Positions 6,057-13,784 of a stretch of DNA of 16,878 nucleotides are shown in pieces (position 1 is the first letter of the stretch; every line of letters starts with the position of its first letter). Made by a program: the position numbers and the translations under genes. The notes under the pieces are model-generated. The model did not search any database. It was not told the origin of the DNA and saw only the letters and a program-made list of their open reading frames with translations. The DNA lies in IMG/VR virus record IMGVR_UViG_3300045988_022585. The stretch is one strand, 5' to 3'. Source of the DNA: a virus.

Positions 6057-7046
6057 ATGAGTAAATCAATGTATTATGACATAAACAAAACCTTGTCATA
6101 TAATACTCTATTTAATTTCGTTGTTGGTCCTCGTGGTGCAGGTAAGACTTATGCGGCAAAAAAGCGAGCTATAAGTAACTTCCTTAAAAGGGGAGAGCAA
6201 TTTGTTTATTTACGCCGCTATGATACTGAGCTTCCTTCAAACACAATTAAGAACTTCTTCGATGATGTGATGCAGGAGTTTCCAGATCATGAGTTTAAGT
6301 CAAATCTAGGTATATTCAGAATAGATGGCGCAATAGCCGGATGGTATTTTCCGCTTTCTAAAGCCACTATGATGAAATCAACTCCATTTCCCAATGTAAG
6401 CATGATAATCTTTGACGAGTTTATTATTGACGTGGGCATGGTGCATTACCTTCCTAAAGAAGTAACAGCTTTTCTTGAATGCTATTCGACTGTCAGCAGA
6501 GATCGAGACATACCAGTATTTTTCCTCTCTAATGCAATTACATTTACTAATCCATATTTTCTTTACTTTGATATAACTCTTGAAGAAGGCCAGAGACTAA
6601 AGATAAAAGGTGACATATCTTTAGAGCTTGTGGAAAATCCAGCTTATACAGATCATGTAAAGAATACGAGATTTGGCAAATTGATTGCTAATACAGAGTA
6701 CGGAAAATATAACATGGAGAACAAGTTTCTTAGAGATACGGATACCTTTATTACAAAGATGTCAAATAATTCTTTCTATGTTGCAACGCTTATTATGCAG
6801 AATCAGGAGTTTGGCATTTACCGCGATATGAAAGATGATTTAATGTTTATCTCTGAGAAGATCGACCCGACCGCTAAGAAGTTAGTATTGGACACTGATT
6901 CACATAACGGTGATACTCTACTTGTTAAAATGCGAGGAAGTGTTGTTATCAATATGCTTCTTGATTACTACACAAAAGGCAATGTTCGGTTCGAGACACA
7001 GAAAGCTAAAAATATGGCCATTGATTTGTTTAGGAGGTTAATATAA
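6057..7046 (+). CDS. DNA packaging (encapsidation) ATPase, phi29 gp16-like; start at ATG 6057 (or 6039)
   Basis: Walker A is GPRGAGKTY and Walker B is MIIFDEF. By eye there is extensive similarity to phi29 gp16 (LSYNTLFNFVVGPRGAGKTY, GEQFVYLRRY, QEFPDHEF, YPNVS-like, LSNA...NPYF). MSKSMYYD from ATG 6057 aligns with the phi29 N-terminus MDKSLFYN. Neither ATG has an SD. Confidence 0.93.
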   Translation: MSKSMYYDINKTLSYNTLFNFVVGPRGAGKTYAAKKRAISNFLKRGEQFVYLRRYDTELPSNTIKNFFDDVMQEFPDHEFKSNLGIFRIDGAIAGWYFPLSKATMMKSTPFPNVSMIIFDEFIIDVGMVHYLPKEVTAFLECYSTVSRDRDIPVFFLSNAITFTNPYFLYFDITLEEGQRLKIKGDISLELVENPAYTDHVKNTRFGKLIANTEYGKYNMENKFLRDTDTFITKMSNNSFYVATLIMQNQEFGIYRDMKDDLMFISEKIDPTAKKLVLDTDSHNGDTLLVKMRGSVVINMLLDYYTKGNVRFETQKAKNMAIDLFRRLI

Positions 7047-7375
7047 TGCCGTTCGAGTTTAACACAGACGCTTGGAACGAGTTTACAAAGAAAGTTCTTG
7101 AAGCCAATGGAGATCAAGCCACGCTTACCACTCTTTTGAGTGATATGCAGGATACATTTACAACAGGAATTACAACGCAGGGAGAACTGGATAAAACAAA
7201 CAAGAGTTTAAAAGAAGAGAATGGAAGATTGAAAGAAGCAAATATGGCTCTGTTTCTTAGAGTTGGTGAACAGAAAAAGGACTCTCAGGAGCCTGAAAAA
7301 TCCGGAGAGCCTAAACCCGGCGAAGAAGGTCACGCCGTAGACAAATTTTTGGATAATCTATATAAGGAGAAATAA
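7046..7375 (+). CDS. Head scaffolding protein (phi29 gp7-like), 109 aa
   Basis: AGGAGG at 7032-7037 precedes the start, and there is a TAATG overlap with the ATPase stop. The protein is coiled-coil and acidic. ELDKTNKSLKEENGRLKEANMALFLRVGEQKKD resembles phi29 gp7 [33 protein letters not shown]. It lies directly upstream of the capsid gene. Confidence 0.7.
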   Translation: MPFEFNTDAWNEFTKKVLEANGDQATLTTLLSDMQDTFTTGITTQGELDKTNKSLKEENGRLKEANMALFLRVGEQKKDSQEPEKSGEPKPGEEGHAVDKFLDNLYKEK

Positions 7376-7378
7376 ATT

Positions 7379-8416
7379 ATGGCTAGTAACAAGACTCCGC
7401 AAGTTGCTTCTGCTGAGATGCTTAACAGCATTCGAGCAGACGCTTCTGATGCTTATAAGAATGCGGTCCCCGTAGCAACTCCGTATAACCTCGCTGACGT
7501 TGGCAACCCTATTCTCACTTACGAGGCAGTTGCAAACGAATTTCTGAATGCCCTTGTTAACAAAATTATTATGACTCTCGTTATCAGAAAGACTTGGAGC
7601 AATCCTCTGGCAATGCTTAAAAAGGGCACTGAGGCGCTTGGTCTTGACGTTGAAGAGATTCAGGTTAACCCCGCTAACGCAACCGCGTTTGACGGTACGA
7701 CTGAAAATGGCTATTCTGACATTTTGAAGCCCGCTCTGCCTGATGTGAAGGCAGCTTGGTATCGTCTGAACCGTCAGGATAAGTATAAGGTTACTATCAA
7801 CAATGAAATGCTGACTAACGCATTCACTTCCTGGAATACTCTGGAAGGCACGATTGCCGCTATTGTTGACAGCCTGTATAATGGTAATACCATTGACGAG
7901 TTTAAATACACAAAGCAGCTCATTGATAATGCTCTGACTGGAACAAAGCTCAATACAGTTACTGTTACGGCTCCTACTAATAGAGACACGGCGGCGGCTT
8001 TCCAGCAGACTATTCAGAACCTCTCCCTCCAGTTTCAGTTTCCTTCTACCGCATATAATAACTACACTAAAATGGGTGGTACTGGAGGTCGTACAACCTG
8101 GAGTTCTATTGAGGACCAGATTATCATTATTAACGCGGAAGTTGCGTCCGCTGTTGGTGTTCAGTTCTTGGCGGCAGCATTTAATCTGTCTTACGCTGAG
8201 TACGCAACGAAGCAGATTATCGTGGATAGCTTTGCCGCTAGTTCTAAGTGCCTCGCAATTCTGGCTGATGTGAACGCTTTCCAGATTAGAGAAAAACTGC
8301 GTCGTATGACCAATTTTTATAATGCTGGTAATATGGCATGGCAGTATTATTTCCATTGTTGGGATACCTTCTCCCTGTCTCCGTTCCATAACGCTGTCGC
8401 TCTGGTTACTGAGTAA
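7379..8416 (+). CDS. Major capsid protein (phi29 gp8-like, lacking the C-terminal Ig-like domain), 345 aa
   Basis: AAGGAGA at 7363-7369 precedes the start. By eye, NSIRADASDAYKNAVPVATPYNLADVG...LVIRKTWSNPLAMLKKG matches phi29 gp8 [27 protein letters not shown]...VVIRQVSLNNPLKKFKKG. C-terminal WQYYFHCWDTFSLSPFHNAVALV matches [23 protein letters not shown]. Confidence 0.9.
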   Translation: MASNKTPQVASAEMLNSIRADASDAYKNAVPVATPYNLADVGNPILTYEAVANEFLNALVNKIIMTLVIRKTWSNPLAMLKKGTEALGLDVEEIQVNPANATAFDGTTENGYSDILKPALPDVKAAWYRLNRQDKYKVTINNEMLTNAFTSWNTLEGTIAAIVDSLYNGNTIDEFKYTKQLIDNALTGTKLNTVTVTAPTNRDTAAAFQQTIQNLSLQFQFPSTAYNNYTKMGGTGGRTTWSSIEDQIIIINAEVASAVGVQFLAAAFNLSYAEYATKQIIVDSFAASSKCLAILADVNAFQIREKLRRMTNFYNAGNMAWQYYFHCWDTFSLSPFHNAVALVTE

Positions 8417-8425
8417 ATTAAATAT

Positions 8426-8453
8426 GGGAGGGGGTCTTTACAGGCCCTCTCCC
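8426..8453 (+). terminator. Hairpin after the capsid gene (attenuator/terminator-like)
   Basis: GGGAGGGGGTC (8426-8436) pairs with GGCCCTCTCCC (8443-8453), giving 11 bp including 2 G-U pairs, with loop TTTACA. The SD of the next gene follows directly and there is no U tract. Confidence 0.4.
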
Positions 8454-8466
8454 TGGAGGTAAAAAT

Positions 8467-10509
8467 ATGCCTATTCTTTCCCCAACAACTAGAATATACC
8501 TATGTGAGAATGCAGGTATTACAAAAGATCATAAAGCATATTTTAGCTCCAATTCTGCAATGATCTCTTATCTGCAAGGCAAAGTAGCGCATTCGTTTAC
8601 AAACTGTACTTATCAGAGAGCTGATGAGCGAGAGTACACGCAGTTAAACATTGATTACTATGATGCCTTAAAATGTGATGTAATGTTTTGGCAAAATCCG
8701 AACAACAGCACAAAATATCTGGTTGCACTTATTACCGGCTTTGAATACTTGAATGAAGGAACAACTAGAATTTATTTTGAAATTGACCCTTATTCAAGTT
8801 TTTGCGGGGACATTGAATGGCAACCATGTTATGTAGAAAGGGAGCACGTTACAGGCGATTGGGTTGATGGTCAACCGAACTGGAATAATTGTGGTATTTC
8901 TGAACCAATTTCAGGCGCTCCTGTTGTAGTAGAAAACGAATTGACATATCCTCTTGTGCCTACAAGATATGTTATCTTGACTCCGTATAATGAGGACGGA
9001 CAAGTATCCATTCACGGCAATACTTTAGGCGGCATCTATTCAGGAATGAATATGATTGTTAAAAATACTGCCGAAGAGGTTGACGATTACCTGAATACTG
9101 TTGCGGTTCATATTGCCACAACACTGGATAACATTGGACCTATTCTTTCTGTTCCCTCTTTCTTCCTGAATGATAAAGAATGGGAAATGGGCACTTTACA
9201 GTCTCCATGGATAACGCTTAATGGGCATTTCAATAATGCAAAGGTGTACACTTCTCAATATACGATGCTGAGAGTAGAAGGAGCCGCCGGGAGACAAAAA
9301 GAATTTCTTCCCGAATTGATGGGACAGAACGGCCTCGCTACTCCACTCACTCAGTTATTCGCTAAGGGTGGGTTAATTGGAGGCATTGGTGGTTTCGCTG
9401 TTTATCTAAAGAACTATAAGGGTATTGAAACAAGTCTTGAAGATGCTTATTTAATTACCGATATGCCGTCAGGCGTTTGGGTTGGTAATAATCTTTTGGA
9501 TAATTGGCAGAACGCCATTATGAAAACAATTAGCGGAGGATTGAAGGGAGCCGCAGCCGGAAGCGTGGCAGGCCCAGGAGGAACAGCATTGGGCGCACTA
9601 GGAGGAGCAGCTTTATCTCTCGTAGGTATGGCAGATCAAATGGTTGCCTCCGGTGGTCAGGTAAATACAACAGCTAATGCCGCAGTTGCTTTTGGAGCTT
9701 ACAGAGTGTGCACACGATGGTATATTAGCCCCACTCAAATCATGGAAGCAGTTGACGATTTCTTTGATCGTTTCGGCTATGCCGTGGGGCTTCTTAAAAT
9801 TCCAAATGTAAACACTCGTCCTATTTGGAATTATGTGAAAACAAGTGAAGCTCACATTGGCGGAGACATTCCAGAGCATTATAGAGAGCAAATTTGTGAT
9901 ATGCTGAATAATGGCGTCACATTCTGGAATGTAAATAGACGTTCAATCGGTGATTTCTCTAACCCATCCGCTAATCAGATTGAGAACTATAGTTATGATG
10001 ATTTCTTAGAAGACCCACCCTTCCAGGAGTATGACCCGCCTAAGCCAGACCCGGAACAGCCGGACCCACCTGCCGCTGATGATTTTAGTGTTCTTCCAGA
10101 CGAAGTTGTGGAATATTCTTTAGCTGCTGATGGAGATACTTATTTAAGTAAGAATTTCAAAGTCAGAGAGTTCAGATGCCACGATGGTAGTGATAAAATT
10201 CTTGTGAGTAAAAGACTTGTTGAGCTGTTACAAATCATTCGTGACCATTATGGAGTACAAGTCATTATTAACAGCGGATATAGAACCACTTCCCATAATG
10301 CCGCTGTTGGTGGAGCCGCTAAGAGTCAACATCTTTATGGCCGTGCCGCTGATATTGTAGTAACTGGACAGACTCCGCTTAATGTTTATAATTGGATAGC
10401 CAATAACGTTATGCCTTCTGGAAAGGGGGGTATGGGGTGTTACAGATCACAGGGTTTTGTCCACGTTGATGTTCGTCCCTCTGGTTACTGGAGAGACAAC
10501 AATGTGTAA
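8467..10509 (+). CDS. Tail knob / distal tail tube protein (phi29 gp9-like) fused to a C-terminal peptidase M15A-type cell-wall hydrolase domain, 680 aa
   Basis: N-terminal VMFWQNPNNSTKYLVALITGFEYLNEGTTRIYFEIDP...YVEREHV resembles phi29 gp9 [36 protein letters not shown]...IVREHV. There is a Gly/Ala-rich hydrophobic segment (about 9535-9660). FGYAVGLLKIPNVNTRPIWNYVKT resembles gp9 [24 protein letters not shown]. A Pro-rich linker (about 10010-10085) is followed by SGYRT..HN..VGGA..SQH..GRAADI...FVHVDVR (10141-10506). Confidence 0.85.
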   Translation: MPILSPTTRIYLCENAGITKDHKAYFSSNSAMISYLQGKVAHSFTNCTYQRADEREYTQLNIDYYDALKCDVMFWQNPNNSTKYLVALITGFEYLNEGTTRIYFEIDPYSSFCGDIEWQPCYVEREHVTGDWVDGQPNWNNCGISEPISGAPVVVENELTYPLVPTRYVILTPYNEDGQVSIHGNTLGGIYSGMNMIVKNTAEEVDDYLNTVAVHIATTLDNIGPILSVPSFFLNDKEWEMGTLQSPWITLNGHFNNAKVYTSQYTMLRVEGAAGRQKEFLPELMGQNGLATPLTQLFAKGGLIGGIGGFAVYLKNYKGIETSLEDAYLITDMPSGVWVGNNLLDNWQNAIMKTISGGLKGAAAGSVAGPGGTALGALGGAALSLVGMADQMVASGGQVNTTANAAVAFGAYRVCTRWYISPTQIMEAVDDFFDRFGYAVGLLKIPNVNTRPIWNYVKTSEAHIGGDIPEHYREQICDMLNNGVTFWNVNRRSIGDFSNPSANQIENYSYDDFLEDPPFQEYDPPKPDPEQPDPPAADDFSVLPDEVVEYSLAADGDTYLSKNFKVREFRCHDGSDKILVSKRLVELLQIIRDHYGVQVIINSGYRTTSHNAAVGGAAKSQHLYGRAADIVVTGQTPLNVYNWIANNVMPSGKGGMGCYRSQGFVHVDVRPSGYWRDNNV

Positions 10510-10520
10510 GGAGGATTATT

Positions 10521-10961
10521 ATGCAAAATGAAGCTAGGATTTATAGTAAATCTCTTGAAGGTGATAAACAGCTGACTTCCTCTTTTAAGGTAAAAGAGTT
10601 TGCCTGCAATGATGGGAGTGACGTTATTCTGATTCACCCTGATCTTCCAGCCGTATTGCAGAATATTCGCAATCAGTTCGGAAAACCCATTATCATTAAC
10701 AGTGGTTACAGGACTCCCGAATATAACAAGAAGGTGGGAGGCGCTACTCGCTCTCAGCATTGTTATGGTACTGCCGCTGATATTGTGGTTGACGGCGTTT
10801 CTCCCGCTTCTGTTGCCATTGCCGCTGAAAAGGCATTGAAAAAGACTGGATATCCTGGTGGGATTGGAATCTATAAGAGTTTTGTTCACGTTGATGTCAG
10901 ATCAAAGAGGTATAGATGGGACCAGAGAAGCGGTAAAGAAGTGGCGGTGAGCGGGTTTTGA
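10521..10961 (+). CDS. Endolysin, peptidase M15A-type (zinc D-Ala-D-Ala carboxypeptidase-like fold), 146 aa
   Basis: AAGGAGG at 10505-10511 precedes the start. The motifs are SGYRTPEYNKKVGGATRSQHCYGTAADIVV...FVHVDVR. It is paralogous to the C-terminus of the tail knob protein and is followed directly by a holin-like gene. Confidence 0.85.
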   Translation: MQNEARIYSKSLEGDKQLTSSFKVKEFACNDGSDVILIHPDLPAVLQNIRNQFGKPIIINSGYRTPEYNKKVGGATRSQHCYGTAADIVVDGVSPASVAIAAEKALKKTGYPGGIGIYKSFVHVDVRSKRYRWDQRSGKEVAVSGF

Positions 10962-11164
10962 AAACCGTAACTAAATTCGTTGTATTCTGCATTACATTTC
11001 TGGTTCTCTATACTATCGCCTCACTTATTATCTTTTATAAGACCGGATATGAAGCATCCACTCTCACAAATATGGTTTTCACTGTATTCGGGATTGAACT
11101 GGTATCCTGTATGGTAAAGGCGATTATCAATGGAAGGAATAAAGGAAATGGAAGCTCTACTTGA
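10958..11164 (+). CDS. Holin candidate (68 aa, two TM segments, charged C-terminus; TTG start)
   Basis: The TTGA overlap with the endolysin stop suggests coupling. Two hydrophobic helices are present (FVVFCITFLVLYTIASLIIF and MVFTVFGIELVSCMV), with a basic tail RNKGNGSST. Confidence 0.6.
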   Translation: MKTVTKFVVFCITFLVLYTIASLIIFYKTGYEASTLTNMVFTVFGIELVSCMVKAIINGRNKGNGSST

Positions 11165-11456
11165 AACAGCTAAAAACATTTCTCTAATCGCTGGAGCGGT
11201 TGCAGTTGTTTGGAGGGTATTTACCTTTACTTCCAATATCGGTAAAAAGATTGACACTAACTCTGACGAAATCAGAGATATAAAAGAAAAGTTAAATAGA
11301 GATTATGACAAGATAGATAAGTTAAATCAAGCAGATAAGCATATTTGTCTGTTCCTGGTTGATATATCAGATCACATGATAAATGGAAATCATATAGACA
11401 AACTGAAAGAGACAAGGAAGAATGTTATCACTTTCTTATCTGAGGGGGTAGATTGA
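11130..11456 (+). CDS. N-terminally membrane-anchored coiled-coil protein (lysis accessory / antiholin-like?); start at 11130 or 11148
   Basis: A single hydrophobic segment (ISLIAGAVAVVWRVFTF) is followed by a charged helical region. The gene overlaps the holin 3' end. Its function is not recognisable. Confidence 0.5.
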   Translation: MEGIKEMEALLETAKNISLIAGAVAVVWRVFTFTSNIGKKIDTNSDEIRDIKEKLNRDYDKIDKLNQADKHICLFLVDISDHMINGNHIDKLKETRKNVITFLSEGVD

Positions 11457-12409
11457 TGTTTCCTCTTATGGATGCCTTCCCCATTCTTTCACTACCTGAT
11501 TTTAGAGTTAACACTAGCGGATTAACTAAACGGCAAACAAAGATGCTTAATACCATTCAATTTGCCGAAGTATTTTCCAGGCTAATGAATGTTATGCTTT
11601 CCAGGTTTAAATGGAATGGGCTTCCGGCGTCGTGCAATGAAAGGGCATTAGAAATTACTCTAGCATTCTACGGTTACGCATTGTTCTTTAATGACGAGAA
11701 TATCGGCTTTGCTCATACTCCTTGTACATTATCCGGCCCATTTAATATCTACTATGAGAGTGTTAATAGGCGGGCATACAGTTACAACTATGAGAAGAAC
11801 TACACGATTGATGATAGTGTGCTCATTAGGGGTAATTTAACAATGACTCCTGACTATCTCATTCTAATGAATTACGCTCCAAAGATTGCAGACGCCATTA
11901 GAGCTATTGACGTTCATACGCAGACTTTGAAAAAGCCTTATATGGTTTCTTGCGAAGAGCGTCAAAAGAACTCTGTTATTAGAGCTTTAAATGACATTGC
12001 AGACAATGAAGTAACTGTTCTGGCCGTTCCGAATTCAGGAATCAATACTTTGAGTGTTCTCACGACTGGAGTACAAAGCTACCTGGGAGATATGTGGGCG
12101 AACGTCAAGAATATGTTCAATCAGGTGTACTCCGCTTTAGGAGTAGCAAATGAGTTTACTTCCAAAAAGGAAAGACTAGTTGTAAGTGAGAGTCAGGGAG
12201 AACAAACGCCTATTAGACACTCTCTGGAAAGCGAGCTTGAATGCAGACGTAAAGCGTGCGAAGAGATTAACAAGATGTTCGGCCTTAATATTTCTGTTGA
12301 AGCAAATCAGCTTGAACAGTTTAAGGAAGAGCAGATTGAAGACCTATTGGCAAAGATGGGACAGCAGGTGGAAGGAGGGAATGAAAGTGTTTCCATGGAA
12401 TCCGATTAA
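11456..12409 (+). CDS. Portal / upper collar connector protein (phi29 gp10-like)
   Basis: GAGGGGG lies upstream, and ATG 11456 overlaps the previous stop as TGATG. [28 protein letters not shown] resembles phi29 [37 protein letters not shown]...[18 protein letters not shown] resembles KKERMVTDE...REEACEKINELYGLNVKV. Confidence 0.9.
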   Translation: [317 protein letters not shown]

Positions 12410-13457
12410 CCCTCGTAACTATGAGCTAGGCCAGCTTGTATCCACTGGCTATAAAGTCTTTGATGATACATGGAGCACCTATATTCCCGAACACAAAAGC
12501 GAGTTGTGCGCTAAGATTGTACGGCATTATTTCTTTTACGAAATTGGGCAGGATACTCCGGATAAGTTCAAGCTATATCTAAACGAAACACTTGAACGTA
12601 TCATGCCATTTTACAATCAGTTGTACAAAAGTGAGCTGATTAAGTTTGACCCCATTATGAATCATTTATTGGAGACGAATGGAAGGTCTATTGAAAATGT
12701 GCTGAGAAAAGCACAGAAGGGAGATAGCGAAGTAATTAGCGCATTAGAGAACTTCGCTAAATCCTCTAAAGGTATCACCAACTCCACACAGGGGACAAAG
12801 CAAGGTATCACAGAGCAAGAAGACTACAAGAGAGATTACACAGAAAACAAAGAGAGAACAGAGAACGAAACAACCGGAGTCAATAGGAAATTGGATGGCA
12901 CGGTCACAAGAGACGGTACAACTGATACCACGACTAATGAGACGGTTGCCGAAAATCATAACGGAGACAAGCGGTTTGCAGACACGCCGCAAACTACCGT
13001 TGGGGATAATCCAAATAACGCCTATATGACGAACTTCACAAAGGAGAGTCAAACCAGAGATACCACAACGAATGCAACATCTAACAGTACAATCCACCAA
13101 ACAGACGAAACAGACGAGACGGAAACAACTGATACTGACCGTAAATTAAATGGAACAGAAGATACGGTTGGAAATATCACTGATGAACGAACCAAAACTT
13201 CACAGCTCAATAGAGATGTTGATACAAAAGCTACTAATGATGGATTTGAGAACGGTTCTAGTAGCCAGGATACAAGCAAGGCAAAACAGACTCTTGAAGA
13301 CGAGTCTCAGACAACTGATGAAGGAAAGCATGAAATCATTTCCGGATTTATGAATATGACTCCATCTCAGCTTTTGCAAGGTTTCCGTGAAACATTCCTG
13401 AACATTGACGAACAAATCATTAAAGAGCTTCAATACAATTTCATGGAGGTATTTTAA
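12381..13457 (+). CDS. Lower collar protein (phi29 gp11-like) with a long Thr/Asp/Glu/Asn-rich central region; start at ATG 12381 or GTG 12387
   Basis: AGGAGG at 12373-12378 precedes the start. The gene follows the portal, as gene 11 does in phi29. N-terminal segments are NPRNYELGQL..FDDTWSTYIPEHK..IVRHYFFYEIGQDTPDKF..IMPFYNQLYKSE, and there is an RFADTPQ motif. The track start at 12186 would overlap the portal by more than 200 nt. Confidence 0.7.
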   Translation: MKVFPWNPINPRNYELGQLVSTGYKVFDDTWSTYIPEHKSELCAKIVRHYFFYEIGQDTPDKFKLYLNETLERIMPFYNQLYKSELIKFDPIMNHLLETNGRSIENVLRKAQKGDSEVISALENFAKSSKGITNSTQGTKQGITEQEDYKRDYTENKERTENETTGVNRKLDGTVTRDGTTDTTTNETVAENHNGDKRFADTPQTTVGDNPNNAYMTNFTKESQTRDTTTNATSNSTIHQTDETDETETTDTDRKLNGTEDTVGNITDERTKTSQLNRDVDTKATNDGFENGSSSQDTSKAKQTLEDESQTTDEGKHEIISGFMNMTPSQLLQGFRETFLNIDEQIIKELQYNFMEVF

Positions 13458-13458
13458 T

Positions 13459-13773
13459 ATGTTTACTGTTGACGAAATTATCCACCTGTGGGAAGAGGGC
13501 AAGATTACTACCGAAGAGGCGAACAGACGCCTTGCGGAAATTGGCTCTCGTGTTCGTCTCGATGATACTAAGGAAAGCGGCTGGACCGAAGAGGAAATGA
13601 AGGAAGGTTTCATTCCTGGCAAGCCCGGTGAGCCTGTTCAGAGAGAGCTGGATAGAAGCCGCCGTATGGATATGGCTGGTAAGACCGCTTTCCAGAAGGT
13701 CAACGGAAAAATCTACAAGGTGTGGTACAACGAGGATGGCTATTTCCAGAAGGCTGCCCGTGCGAAGAAGTGA
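13459..13773 (+). CDS. Hypothetical late protein (104 aa)
   Basis: GGAGG at 13446-13450 lies 8 nt upstream of ATG 13459, so the track start at 13405 is unlikely. It sits between the collar and tail-fibre genes. No family was recognised. Confidence 0.6.
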   Translation: MFTVDEIIHLWEEGKITTEEANRRLAEIGSRVRLDDTKESGWTEEEMKEGFIPGKPGEPVQRELDRSRRMDMAGKTAFQKVNGKIYKVWYNEDGYFQKAARAKK

Positions 13774-13784
13774 GGTAATACACT

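Noticed and set aside
7358-8389. 343-aa minus-strand ORF (and nested 7774..7989) antisense to the capsid gene
   Set aside because: It overlaps, almost end to end, a + strand gene with strong phi29 gp8 similarity and a good SD. It has no SD and a Cys/Ser/Arg-rich composition unlike a real protein, as expected for an antisense frame.
12186-12380. Track start at 12186 for the lower collar ORF
   Set aside because: It would overlap the portal gene by more than 200 nt and has no SD. AGGAG-type SD sequence and ATG 12381 / GTG 12387 lie just before the portal stop, and the conserved N-terminus (NPRNYELGQ) starts right after them.
2936-13622. Other minus-strand track ORFs (2936..3298, 5692..5928, 9613..9891, 10485..10889, 11021..11257, 12744..13100, 13049..13279, 13200..13622)
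   Set aside because: Each lies inside a + strand gene with family-level motifs or a strong SD. None has its own RBS, and the genome is otherwise strictly unidirectional.
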